The translations under genes were made by a program, and so were the position numbers. Below, in pieces: positions 53,438 through 64,000 of a stretch of DNA of 64,000 nucleotides. The notes under the pieces were generated by a model. The model had not been told where the DNA came from. It did no database searches and worked only from the letters and a program-made list of their open reading frames with translations. How positions within the stretch are numbered: position 1 is the first letter of the stretch; every line of letters starts with the position of its first letter. This DNA comes from Phallusia mammillata (lineage: Eukaryota): the NCBI GenBank assembly GCA_965637545.1, contig OZ281500.1, positions 21,390,001 to 21,454,000 of the forward strand, read 5' to 3'.

Positions 53438-53660
53438 CAGGTCGGGAGTTTGAATCCCAAGGAAGGTGGCCAAATTCAGTTTTTTAATCATTTTTACTGA
53501 TAAATGATTTCTTTCCGTTTACCCTTTGACAGATTTTAAAAAATAAACCCCTCTCAATATAACAAAATCTAACATGTAAGCTTATAAAGTTTTTATAAAA
53601 ATGCTCGGAAGACCGGCTTGAATCGGTATAACGCTTTTAATGGGCCTGGCGCACTATGAT
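53438..53660 (+). mobile_element. Diverged or interrupted SINE copy, same family
   Basis: Degenerate B box GAGTTTGAATCCCA at about 53446-53459, plus body GACCGGCTTGAATCGGTATAACGCTTTTAATGGGCCTGGCGCACTATGAT at 53611-53660. Confidence 0.55.
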
Positions 53661-53716
53661 GTTTAAAATTTATAATTTACTAACGTTTGTAAATATTTTG
53701 TACTTGAAAAAAAAAA

Positions 53717-53811
53717 ACCTACTATTTACACGCAAAACATATTAAAAAAATACCTACTATTTCCACGCAAAACATACATGAAAAGTACCAACTATTTACA
53801 CGCAAAACATA
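53717..53811. repeat. Minisatellite, 35-bp period x3
   Basis: The core ACC(T/A)ACTATTT(A/C)CACGCAAAACATA starts at 53717, 53752 and 53787. Confidence 0.9.
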
Positions 53812-53840
53812 TTTCGTGGGGAACAAAAATATCAGGGGAT

Positions 53841-54050
53841 AAAACCTTTGCTCTACTTAATGGCTTGCTTTCACATTCCAGCTATATATAGTACATCCAA
53901 CAACCACATTTCATAATCTCTATTAGCAAATGACTTACAAAACGGAGCAAACAAACTCGCGGCTAAAAACCTTTGCCCCACTTCATGGCTTGCATTTACA
54001 TGTTACACCACAACCCAAAGTTATATTCTCCATTAGTGACTTGCAAATCG
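53841..54050. repeat. Diverged tandem duplication, about 125-bp period x2
   Basis: AAAACCTTTGCTCTACTTAATGGCTTGC...CTATTAGCAAATGACTTACAAAACGG versus AAAACCTTTGCCCCACTTCATGGCTTGC...CCATTAGTGACTTGCAAATCGG. Confidence 0.8.
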
Positions 54051-57000
54051 GGGATTTTTTGACATCATTGAAAACATTACCTAGCCCCATGAAAGAAACC
54101 ACTTAAAAGCAAAAAAGGTGGACTTTAAATAGGATTTTACCACAGCGGGGTTATACGGGTCCATAGGGTCATGTTTGGTTATAAACCTTCCAAGTTTAAA
54201 ATTACAAAATTTTGACGCAAAAATGAAACGGATGAATTGAATTACTTCACCACGGAAACGAGTTCTACATCAGAAGCGGTTTTACGCGCTTGTGAAGGAA
54301 CGAGTTTTGCGGACAACACGCCCCAATAAAGATCAAAATTCACAACAAGCGTAAGTAACAGGGGTGTTGTCGCCTGTGGGGTAAACGGGAGCAAGCGAGG
54401 TGGGTGAATGGGTGTAAGAGGGTGCGTAAATAGGGCTGAAAAAGACCAGATAAGTATTAGGTTGCAAAAAATCAACCAAGTGTGCAATGTTCAAAAAGTG
54501 AAAAATTTACCTCATTTATATTGAAACGGTACTTAGCAACAAAATGAAAAAAACTTACTACGCATAAACCGGTTTCAAATAAGTGAAGTATATTTCCAGA
54601 AATACCTTGGCATGCTTTTACAACTTAATTTTTTATTCAATTTTAAACAATTCAAATGAGCAATATCTCAGAAGTTTTGCTCAACACCTCGTAACAGTTG
54701 ATTAAAATTAAAACTATCAAAAATCCCAAAGCTTATAATGTGCGTCTTGTTTCATGAACTTGATAAACGACACGAAACCAAAAGGCAGCCACAATCTTAC
54801 AAGATTTCAAAATACATTAAAAGGAAGCACAAGTTATTCGTAACGGCCCAAAACCGTTGAAAAGCCACTAAATGCGAAACGACAAACCTTCCCCTGCTGT
54901 TAATTGCAAAATTACACATCAGCGAAAATAGCATTACGCGGCAGATTTTGCATTTAACCGCAACAAGCAACCAAAACGTACAGTTAGACTACTATAAATA
55001 AATTTTCGTGCATACGCGTGACAGTACGACAAATTTGTGGCATTTTAATTTAAAGATCCAGCGGCCATATCGCAACCTTATAAAGGTATTTGTAGTCCGG
55101 TATACGTAAAGACCACCTAATGGTTTGTGGCGACGTAACAAGACTTTGCACGCGTGCTGAGACGTAACATTGCACACGGTTCAAAATTCAAAAAGTTCAA
55201 TCTTTAAATTATGCAACTATTTGTGTTTTTCACAAGATTTCGCCCTCAAATATTGCATAATTGCCTTGTAAAATGAGCAAAAACAAAATATGAAACAATA
55301 AGTATTTGCATTTAATACATAAAGGCTACTTTTTTTCTTTGCATTAACTACAACAAAATAGCGGTAAAGCGTTGGAATTGGCAGAAATAGTTGCATGGAA
55401 ATACAAATACGACATCAATGTTACCAATGCAGCACTAACGCCCAAATGCTCGTAACAATAGGATTTAGGTGCACACAGGACAGTTTTACAATAAACAAGC
55501 ACCGCATGGCGTCTGTGCAGCGCTAAAAATAACTGCGAGCGGTTAGACCAGATTTACATGATCAAATTACAGTCGTTAATGCCAGTGTAGCGCGGATGTA
55601 ACGTATTTGGTCGCTTCCTAATTAAATTACAACGTCAGTAGCATTCAGATTACGCAAAAAATACTAGCGCGTGCGTACAAACGTCGCCGCACCGGATTGT
55701 AATGAAATTCCGATTTTACACGTACCTTGTGCGCCGAGATTTAAGCTTTAAAGGAAAAGGGGGTGATGCTTCAAAAGCGCCGCGCGGCATAACTATTGAA
55801 GTTTTCCCACAAATGGCACGCGCGCCGCGTCGGTATTTTAACCCATTAATCCGTTAAGGAGTGGGGCATATGCGATAATTGTCCGCCAAGCGCGATTTAA
55901 ACGGATTTCGAAGCCAACACACCGGAAAATCGGGGCGTTTGAAGTTCGGGTAATCTATTTCCGCAGCGTGGTCACGTGACAAAGTGTTGATGGTCACGTG
56001 ATGACAGGTCGCTCGCGTGACAGGTCGAGAAACAAGTGACGAGTGCCAGAAGCCGCGCTGACCGCAAACGGGGGCAAAACTTCGGGTCAACGGTGTCGAG
56101 GTTGCTGTGGTTCATTGCGAAGGATTTACCAAATAAGCAGCCGCTGCTGTTGTAGTAGGATCGACTCTACTACGGTTTGTAAGGCTATTGTTTGTTGTTT
56201 GCTACTGGTTCGTTGGTCCGCAAACACTGCGAATGCAGGTAGCGGCTTGTTTGGACTTTATGCAGATATTGGGCTATTTTGGGACGCGAAAATACCAAGG
56301 GGTTTCGGCCTGAATTGGATGATATTTGAGTGTCAAAGGGAGCAAACACGTTTTTGTCTGGATTTATGCAAAATACCTCGTTGTTTTGTTGGTTACGCCA
56401 CTCTGGTCATACTACAAGAGACGGAAAGCGGTTGTTTCCGCGCAAACAATAAACTTGAAAAATGACACAAAATATAAAAAATTATCGAAGCACACAAAAT
56501 GACAGAAATAGCGTCATAATATTATTTTACACGAAAAATTCAACTATCCCCATGTAATGACAATCACAAAAATTGCAAAAAAACGGAATAACAAAAGAAA
56601 AGTAAAATATCCTTCAATTACAAGTCTTAACATATGTAAACCTTCAAACAGTGACGTGACTTTAACAGCTGCATCCGCTAAAAGTGAGTAATAAAGATCA
56701 AGGGGGTGAATTGGGGCTTGTCACGGTGTGGCTGATGCCAAAACATGGGTGATTGTGGGGGCGAGCTGCAATAATTGTGCATGCGTTCCTGTGGCTTGCG
56801 TTTACGTGCAATGAGTTCACAGGTTGGTAAGATTGGTAAATTCGGATAAATTCGTTGTTCAGGTTTGCATTGTGACATGAAAATGCACAAAAAATCGCTT
56901 CGTTGCAATTGGAAGTGTGCGGTTTACGATAATAGGGAAATGCAACCAGGGTAAAGTGAATAAAAAAGTCGGTGCATAGGTCGCAATGACAAAGTATATA

Positions 57001-58486
57001 GTATGACAAGTGAAAACAGTCTTTATTATTTAGTTTAAAAACAACAATTTAGTTTCTTTTTCAACGTTAATCATCCTAATCGAATTCACAAAAGGTTTAA
57101 TGCAGGAACTTAAACATAGACTTAAAAAAAGTTTAATCAAAAACAAACTACCAAAGAGCTTGTGCATAAGTTGTTAAAGGGTTTGCATTAAAATCTCCAA
57201 TATTGGGCCACTTGAAACTAAAAATAAACCACAGATCACAAAATGAACAATTTCGTGGGACGAAATACAACAAACACTGGCGCCGCCGCATTCCAACGAT
57301 GCGCCACACGCGAAAACTTCGACTTCACACGAAGAAATCAAAGTGAACAGCCGTTAACGGCTTTGCGCCAATAATCCACAAATTGCCACCTTTAGCTCTT
57401 CCGTGGCCCGCGCAGCAAGCCACCAAAGGAGCCACCTGACAAGTAACGGACGCTGACTCTAAAGCGCCACATTAGTGAACTTATTATTTCCTGTCGTGAT
57501 TACAGATACCATTGCCCGGTTAAGCGCACCAACGGCTCCACAGGTGCTGATATAACATTAGAGATAGGTCGGTCGTACGCCCCGGACACTAAACCCGTGA
57601 ACATGAGTCACATTCGCAAGGGAGGTGGTATTGGCTGTGGGCTGGCAGGGTTGGGGAACGGATACAGCTCTGGTGTTAATCAGTCACCGGTAATTGGTGC
57701 GTATTTTTAGCATGGATCGTAATGGGCTATGATGAATTCGTTCAGCGGAATGACGAGCCCCAATGTGGTTCCGATTAACAGGATGTGTTAAGAATGCAGG
57801 TTGATTGACAGCGCAAATTTGGCCCTGTTGGGACCGATAAAAGAGTGAAAGACTAAAAAAAGGACGTACAATTTTGAAAAATCGAAAAAAAGTTAATGAG
57901 AAAATATGCCTGTTATGATTATTAGTAGTCGCCCATTTAGCGCAATATTTCAGCAACCAATACATTAACCAAAAAACGTACGAATTGTATCATATTATCA
58001 TACTTTGAGGGGTGAAACTTTGCACAACAGTATAAAACATCATTTACAATTTTAACTTTTAAACTTATTTCGAATCAAAGTCCAAAGCTGGTTGGTTCGA
58101 ACCCCAACACGCCTTAACAAAATTCAAACACATATATGTTTACAACTGTCATTTATAAACAATCTAACCTCAATTTCTACAGAATCATTACCAATTCAAC
58201 CAACATCCCGAGTCTAAGCAGAACACTAAGGTCAAACGATAACCAAACGACAATGCCAATCACTGGCGCCCACTTATGGGGAGGCGGGGAGGCGCCGCCT
58301 CCCCGGGTATCTGCGTCGCTGACTACGTCATAAACAAGTTTTGCGTTAATTTATGCACACACAGCTTTGTAGTAACTCTGTACTACTGCACAGTCAACAA
58401 CTGCCTAGTTTGAATTGACAAACCTTTCTGAAAAATCAAACAACGCATATTGTTACGTCACAAACGTATACTTGAAGTGTTATATG

Positions 58487-58666
58487 CAGGGTTGCCATAC
58501 CGTCCTTATTTCTAAGATTTGTCCTTATTTTGAAGGGCAATGTCGTAGAAAAAGTTTTTGTCCTTGTTTTTGATTTGAGTCCTTATTTTGTCTTATTTTT
58601 AACAATGCGCCGTTCCGCAAGTTTTTAACAATGCGCCGTTCCGCAAAACGCAGCGCCGTTCCGCAA
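58487..58666 (+). mobile_element. Truncated hAT-like end with subterminal repeats
   Basis: Starts CAGGGTTGCCATAC, followed by repeated GTCCTTATTT motifs and a 26-bp tandem repeat (TTTTTAACAATGCGCCGTTCCGCAA, about 2.5 copies, 58596-58666). I found no partner TIR or TSD. Confidence 0.5.
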
Positions 58667-59098
58667 TTGTGGTCTACAAAGCGCTTTTGTGGGACCAGGA
58701 GGAGCTACAATATTATTAAGAGATAGCGCTACTGTCGAACAATAAAATTATGTGGCATAAATTACTAACTTCTCATTTATGTCATCACAATTAACAAAGA
58801 AAGGCACCTGTATACGCACAGTAACGAAAGCAAGTCTTGTCTGTGATGTAACAAACTGTTTTTGGATCATTTTTATGCGTCCTGTGAAGTGTAAAACTAG
58901 GTAAACTTACGACCACATGTTGTTGTGGGAACACTTTCGTGGCAAATTAACTTCAACGGTTAACTCGTTATTTTCCAAGATATATATTTAGAACAAATAC
59001 CTTCGCGGGCTTTACTTTGGTAATTCCTGATTTAAAATAAACTAAACTTAAATGCGTTACATGCAATTCGCTGTGTAAATAGAAAACATGGTTGAGAC

Positions 59099-59609
59099 TA
59101 GAGATGTACCGAATATTCGGTTTGCCGAATTTATTCGGCCGAATCGATCATTTTTGCAAAGATTCGGTTTCGGCCGAATAATTTGTTGCGATTCGGCCGA
59201 AACCGAATCTTTGACGAACACAAATTTAACGCGTTAAACGTGTCTTTTCTGCTTATTAAGATCCACGCAATCTTTCAAAAGCCCAAACATAACGAAAATT
59301 GCGTCAATGTTTATCTTTTTCAACACATTATCGTTTTCCCCACGGTAGTCCAAAAAATTAGTAATTCATTGGCAGGTTGCCAATCATGCTTAAGGCAATT
59401 TTAAACCCCACAGAACTGAAATAAGGACGAAACACAACTATTTTGCACTGGCTGCCTGGTAGATAAACATTTTTTCACGTCAAACGCGTAGCGTACGACT
59501 TCGCGTGACGTCATAAATGATTCGGTTGATTCGGCCGAATTTATTCGGCAAAACCGCCGAATATTCGGTTTCGGCCGAATCAAAATTTAGCCGATTCGGT
59601 ACATCACTA
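59099..59609. mobile_element. Non-autonomous hAT MITE, Ac type, 511 bp
   Basis: TIRs TAGAGATGTACCGAAT / ATTCGGTACATCACTA (15/16). Perfect 8-bp TSD GTTGAGAC at 59091-59098 and 59610-59617 (nTnnnnAn). Dense subterminal arrays of CCGAAT/ATTCGG hexamers at both ends. Confidence 0.93.
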
Positions 59610-60762
59610 GTTGAGACCAACCAAACGACCTAGAAACGTAAGAAACGATTATTATAATGGCTTTTTAGACGCATGTGCGCCTTGTTGCGTAAAAATAAAA
59701 CATGCTTTGTAATAATTGTTACGGGGAAAGAAAAAATGTATTACTGTATAGTTGGGTCGGCATCAGCTGCTAATGTTATGTATACCAGTACAGAAACACT
59801 GCAAAGGGTGCAACTTGCGACGTTAGGTGACGTCCGGACTGAAAATATTTCCGCCTTTACCTAGTTATAAAATTCTGCCCCCACCGATTTTAGCAAGTGG
59901 GCACCTATGGTGCCAATACAAATATCCGGACTAAAGCCACAACAAGGCTGGTATCGCTATTAAATGTCATGATAAGATAACAATATTTCCGGATACACAA
60001 GGTTGTATCACTGCGCACAAGGGCACGTCGCATTATTAGATCTTCATTAGGCCTGTGTATGGTCGTAGAACTTGTACAAGATGAAGAAATCTCACTGGCT
60101 TATCATTTAGGAAGTAATTTAAGATGAATAGAGCAGGTCGTTTGGGGTTTTGAGGCCGGATAACATCGAATCATTAGACAGTGATTCACTCGCTACGCCT
60201 CAAGCCTAAACAATCGTAAACCTGCGAAGATGGGATATTGAATGATTAAGAATAATGTTTGATGTGGTCTAAAGAGAACAATAGCCTTCTGTTGCCTCAC
60301 ACACAACCTTGTTTCGTAATAGTTGACGTCATTAATTACCCAGCTTGGGTTTATTGTGTTTGTATTTAGTATATCATAGTTGTTTATATTACAGAGTGAT
60401 TTGCACCGTACTTTTATTTCACACAAATTAGGGTAATTGCTACAAAAGTTATACATTCAATACCTTATTTTAAAATAAATAACCATTTTACCTCTCATTT
60501 GATTAATTACAAGCATTTGGAAATGTTCAAAAGTGATTAATAAAAAATGCACTGCCAAATTAACTTTCCTTCTAGGCCTACAATGCGTCGTTTTAAAAGG
60601 ACACGTGTATCTTTCTAACAAAAAGCAAGTCGAAATTGCCAAAATGTCCTCCTACTAAAACTTCCTGTATTTGTATTTGGTAAATATGGAAACTACTTAT
60701 GTCATGAAAAACAGCAAAAAATTCACTCTCATCATAACCGCCAACAGATGTTTAGTGTAAGT

Positions 60763-61092
60763 CAGGGGTGTCCAAACTGCGGCCCGCGGGCCAAATGCGG
60801 CCCCCGACGGCATTTTAAGTGGCCCGCGGCTGTTTTTTTAAAATTGTGTTGCGTATGGCCCGCCATAGTTTGGAGCTTTGGATTAAGTTTTTGGGTTTTG
60901 GCGACGCTACTTCACGCAAAAGCTTTCCATGGAACTTCATTTACCGGTAAAAAGGAAGGTGCTGACTCAACAAAATCACAAAATTTCCTTAAATCCCGTA
61001 AATTTGTGTCTTAATTCTGAAAAAATGTTGGCCCGCGGGCATCTTTACCTGGTAAAATTTGGCCCCCGTTAAAAAAAGTTTGGACACCCCTG
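60763..61092. mobile_element. Non-autonomous hAT MITE, Buster/Charlie type, 330 bp
   Basis: Perfect 16-bp TIRs CAGGGGTGTCCAAACT / AGTTTGGACACCCCTG. Perfect 8-bp TSD GTGTAAGT at 60755-60762 and 61093-61100 with central TA. GGCCCGCGG subterminal motifs at both ends. Confidence 0.95.
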
Positions 61093-61954
61093 GTGTAAGT
61101 GATCATTGTTAAATGAAAGGAACAATTTGTAACAAAACGTACGTAAAACTTTCCAAATGGGACTGTATTAACTGACTGTATAAAATTCGTCAAATATATT
61201 ACTCTTTCAGTTTATTTGGGCGCAAAAGCAACTGCTAATATTTTTTGTCAAGTCTGTGTCCCTCTTTTTACTGATGAAAACATGACGGGCCTGCTTAAAC
61301 TCCACCCTATCAGGGGCAAAAATCGGGTTTTAAAGCACGATCAGGAAGTAGCTCAAAAACCTGACGCCATGTGTACTTTGAAGCGACACACATAAGCACA
61401 GTTATAACGACAAGTTTTTTTTTTCATTTAACACGCCCGGGAAGTCCCCTATAGCGAATTCGTGTGGAAAGCCTTGTCGGCGAAAACAGATAGCGAAAGA
61501 TGTGTTTCTGGTTTAAAGTTCCCCTGCCTTGCTACAAGCGTTTTATGTGTCGTTATTTTTTGTTGTGCGTCAATAGATCGGTATCGTTCGTGTCCAACGG
61601 ATTTCTTATAACATCTCGTGGCAACGATTTTAACTATAGTGGCTTGCGTAGACACAAAAGTCAATGGAGATTTCATCTTTCGGCAAAAGGTCACATCAGA
61701 TGTTAACAGACAAAAAGTAGCAACGTTTCTTGAGAGGTGAACGTTCACATGCAAGTATTGGGAATTCTTGAAATGACAAAATGTTTGGCAATATGGAAAA
61801 GTGTTGGACAAAACGTTAAATTGATGCATTATTGGTGTTTTGCATTTACTTAAATATACCTGATAGTGTTGCTGTTGGGTTAAAGATGTCTTGAGTTATA
61901 TCTGTCTCCTCGTGTTTTGTATTATCTAATTTTTCACTTATCACTTGTTTATCT

Positions 61955-62000
61955 ACTCTATTTGAATAAGGTTCTTTTTGTGGTTAGCCAGATGCAATCG
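61955..62000 (+). ncRNA. Candidate solitary spliced-leader (SL) RNA gene or pseudogene
   Basis: ACTCTATTTGAATAAG (61955-61970) matches the 16-nt Ciona SL ATTCTATTTGAATAAG at 15/16. It is followed immediately by GT (61971-61972) and TTTTTG (61975-61980, Sm-site-like). The 3' end is set by analogy to the 46-nt Ciona SL RNA, not by evidence here. Confidence 0.4.
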
Positions 62001-63528
62001 GACACTTTAAATCAGGGTGGTGTAATTTTATGATTTCTTTTTATGTCAAAATTTTATTTTTGGCGTTTTTAAACTGTCCTCGACATTGGACATAAAATAC
62101 CGCGGTTTTATACATTTCAAATTACTCCATTTTTGGGTCACTACATAAGTTTAAGAAATGTACTTGCAATAAATCCTCTGCCAAACAGCATTTGTTTATC
62201 AAATATGGACAACGAGAGTAATGAAAATTCATATTCCCGATATTACAACAAAAACGGCGGCGATTATTTGCGTCGTTTGCCCTTTAATAAAAAATATCTT
62301 CAGTGTAGGCTGTCGGAAGTTGTACGCAGCATTTAAAAGCGTATTATCAGATAGTTTGAATCTTTTAGCTGCGGAAAAGTCGACCTCTCAATCAACCCAA
62401 GCTTTCATTAACTCGCGCGGCCGCAACGTGAAGATAGCACCGCGGCTAATTAATTTCAAGTCACCGCAAAGCACCAACGCACCTTCCGGATTACATACGA
62501 GGCATTTTCAACACTACTGAATATACAAGACGCTTTGACTGGCACATACGGAGCATCACAAAGCCTATGATTGGCATTTCGTAACAGGTCGACCACTTCA
62601 ATATACTATAAGGCTTATGGACTTCGGAGTGCTAAGTAGTTCCGTTGAGAGTTTCAAAGCATTCCCATGCCGCCCACTGTTTGGCTTCGAGATTACGCCC
62701 AAATTATAGCTTGATTGGGTTTGAATCAAACGCGGTGGCTTTGAATGCTTTAAGTGGTTGAGATCGCTTTCGTTTATCATTGACATTAATTGCTAAGTGC
62801 TTGGATAAGAAGCTTTCTAATACACCAACAAGGTCAAAGAATCACAAACAAGGCCTGCAAGTTTACAGCAATTTAATATGGCTTTCAGAATGGCCGCTTT
62901 GCAAACTAACGTGCCCATTTTATCATGACAATTTCAGCTTGGTCTGCAATAAATGACAAACAATTAAATAAAACAATATTTTAAGGACAAAATATGTGGG
63001 TTACATTGCCAAGGCAAAACACCTGTAAAAGCAATTTTTAGTGCATTACAAGTACATACAAAATTTTTCCTAATGTTCTTGAAGTTAGACCATAGTGAAC
63101 ATAAACAGCAAAAAATGCGCCTTGATTTAAGTCCCCTTAGAAGTTACTTTAATTAAAACATAAATAGAACAACAGGCCATGAGAACGTTTTCCAACATAC
63201 CGCAAAAGCAAAACCACAAAAAAACAAAGTTCAAAAACACATCGCCGGCGCCGTCGGTGGCCAACGACCGCGATATCCCACCAGCGGCAAGTAATACCCA
63301 CAGACCGGAGATTTAACATCCAACTCATTCGATTTACAAACCAGATCCGGAAACAAGCGGTGATTCTCAAGCAGGCGCCACACACCACGGCCTGTGCGGC
63401 GCCTTTGATGTGCTCAAGCTCCACGCAGCGGGTATTAGAGAGTCGCAGACACCGGGTCTAGCAAACCGGGTATTGGGATATTGGGACACTTGTAAATGCC
63501 TAAAAAACACTTCTACTTTAAAGCTTAC

Positions 63529-63646
63529 CTTGTCTATCATGTCCGGCCGGTTGGTGGCTGCCACCACTATAACGTCGCGGCGTCTTTCAACCCCGTCCAT
63601 TTCGGTAAGCATCGCCGCAAGGACCCGGTCAGCCACTGCATTGCCG
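63529..63646 (-). CDS. AFG2A: AFG2A/SPATA5 AAA+ ATPase, internal coding exon (second AAA domain, second region of homology)
   Basis: 118-nt exon reading (x)[39 protein letters not shown]. Bounded by acceptor TTTATTTGCAG (AG at 63647-63648) and donor AAG|GTAAGC (GT at 63527-63528). Closely resembles vertebrate SPATA5 as I recall it (GNVADRVLAQLLTEMDGIE..KDVTILAATNRPDRIDK). Confidence 0.95.
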
Positions 63647-64000
63647 CTGCAAATAAACAGAATTAGAAAATACCGAGCAAGCGTTTCGTCCACCAGGTTG
63701 TATATTTAACAAATTGGTGATTCAACTGGTGTAATGCTAAACAAAATACTAATTGTTTTTGTGTGCTCGCAATATATCATTCATTCCTCTGAAAAAGCCC
63801 TACCGTTCTGGTGGGTGAAACGTCAACAAAACTACGTTCTTGAAAAACAACTAGTATTTTGTTTAGCATTACACCAGCTGAAGGACAAATCTGTTAACAC
63901 ATCAGAATTTGTTTAAATGAGAATTTGTATTTGAAATAGTGGGCTATGAATGGGTAAAGCCCCAAATCGTTTGTTCTGTCAGGTTTGGGGTTTTAACCTG

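Larger units (their letters stand above)
44833..63528 (-). other. AFG2A/SPATA5 intron, 18,696 nt, GT-AG, phase 0
   Basis: The flanking exons join in frame (IDK|ALL), leaving no missing protein segment. Confidence 0.9.

Noticed and set aside
53717-53811. Regularly spaced repeats resembling a CRISPR array
   Set aside because: The intervening sequences are about 10 nt and similar to each other, there are no cas genes, and the context is eukaryotic. It is a minisatellite.
57349-57362. 14-bp perfect palindrome AGCCGTTAACGGCT
   Set aside because: Several palindromes of this length are expected by chance in 64 kb.
59418-59429. GAAATAAGGACG, complementary to 58501-58512, as the missing right TIR of the 58487 element
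   Set aside because: It lies inside the Ac-type MITE, aligns with the old copy at 9.6 kb, and lacks the terminal TGGCAACCCTG.

Overview
Eukaryotic, AT-rich (roughly 35-40% GC by eye), mostly non-coding DNA with no visible CpG depletion, probably from an ascidian tunicate. That assignment is an inference from two matches to the Ciona spliced leader and from the repeat style. The only gene I can support is the 3' end of AFG2A/SPATA5 (AAA+ ATPase) on the minus strand: three coding exons (63529-63646, 44668-44832, 33459-33635) joined in frame by canonical GT-AG introns of 18.7 kb and 11.0 kb. The gene continues beyond the right edge. The 33 kb downstream of its stop codon (left half) contains no recognisable gene. 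The rest is a mosaic of GC/CpG-rich motif-dense islands, non-autonomous transposons (three hAT MITEs with perfect 8-bp TSDs, a HINE/DINE-1-like element, tRNA-derived SINE copies) and small tandem duplications. The best second-look items are: two spliced-leader-like sequences inside the SPATA5 introns, one followed by GT and a U5G tract; a perfect 34-bp-stem hairpin flanked by a 16-bp direct repeat; a 59-bp inverted-repeat pair enclosing a GC-rich island; and a layout suggesting a genomic regulatory block with SPATA5 as bystander gene. I cannot demonstrate a new multi-gene system here. All coordinates and counts were made by hand.
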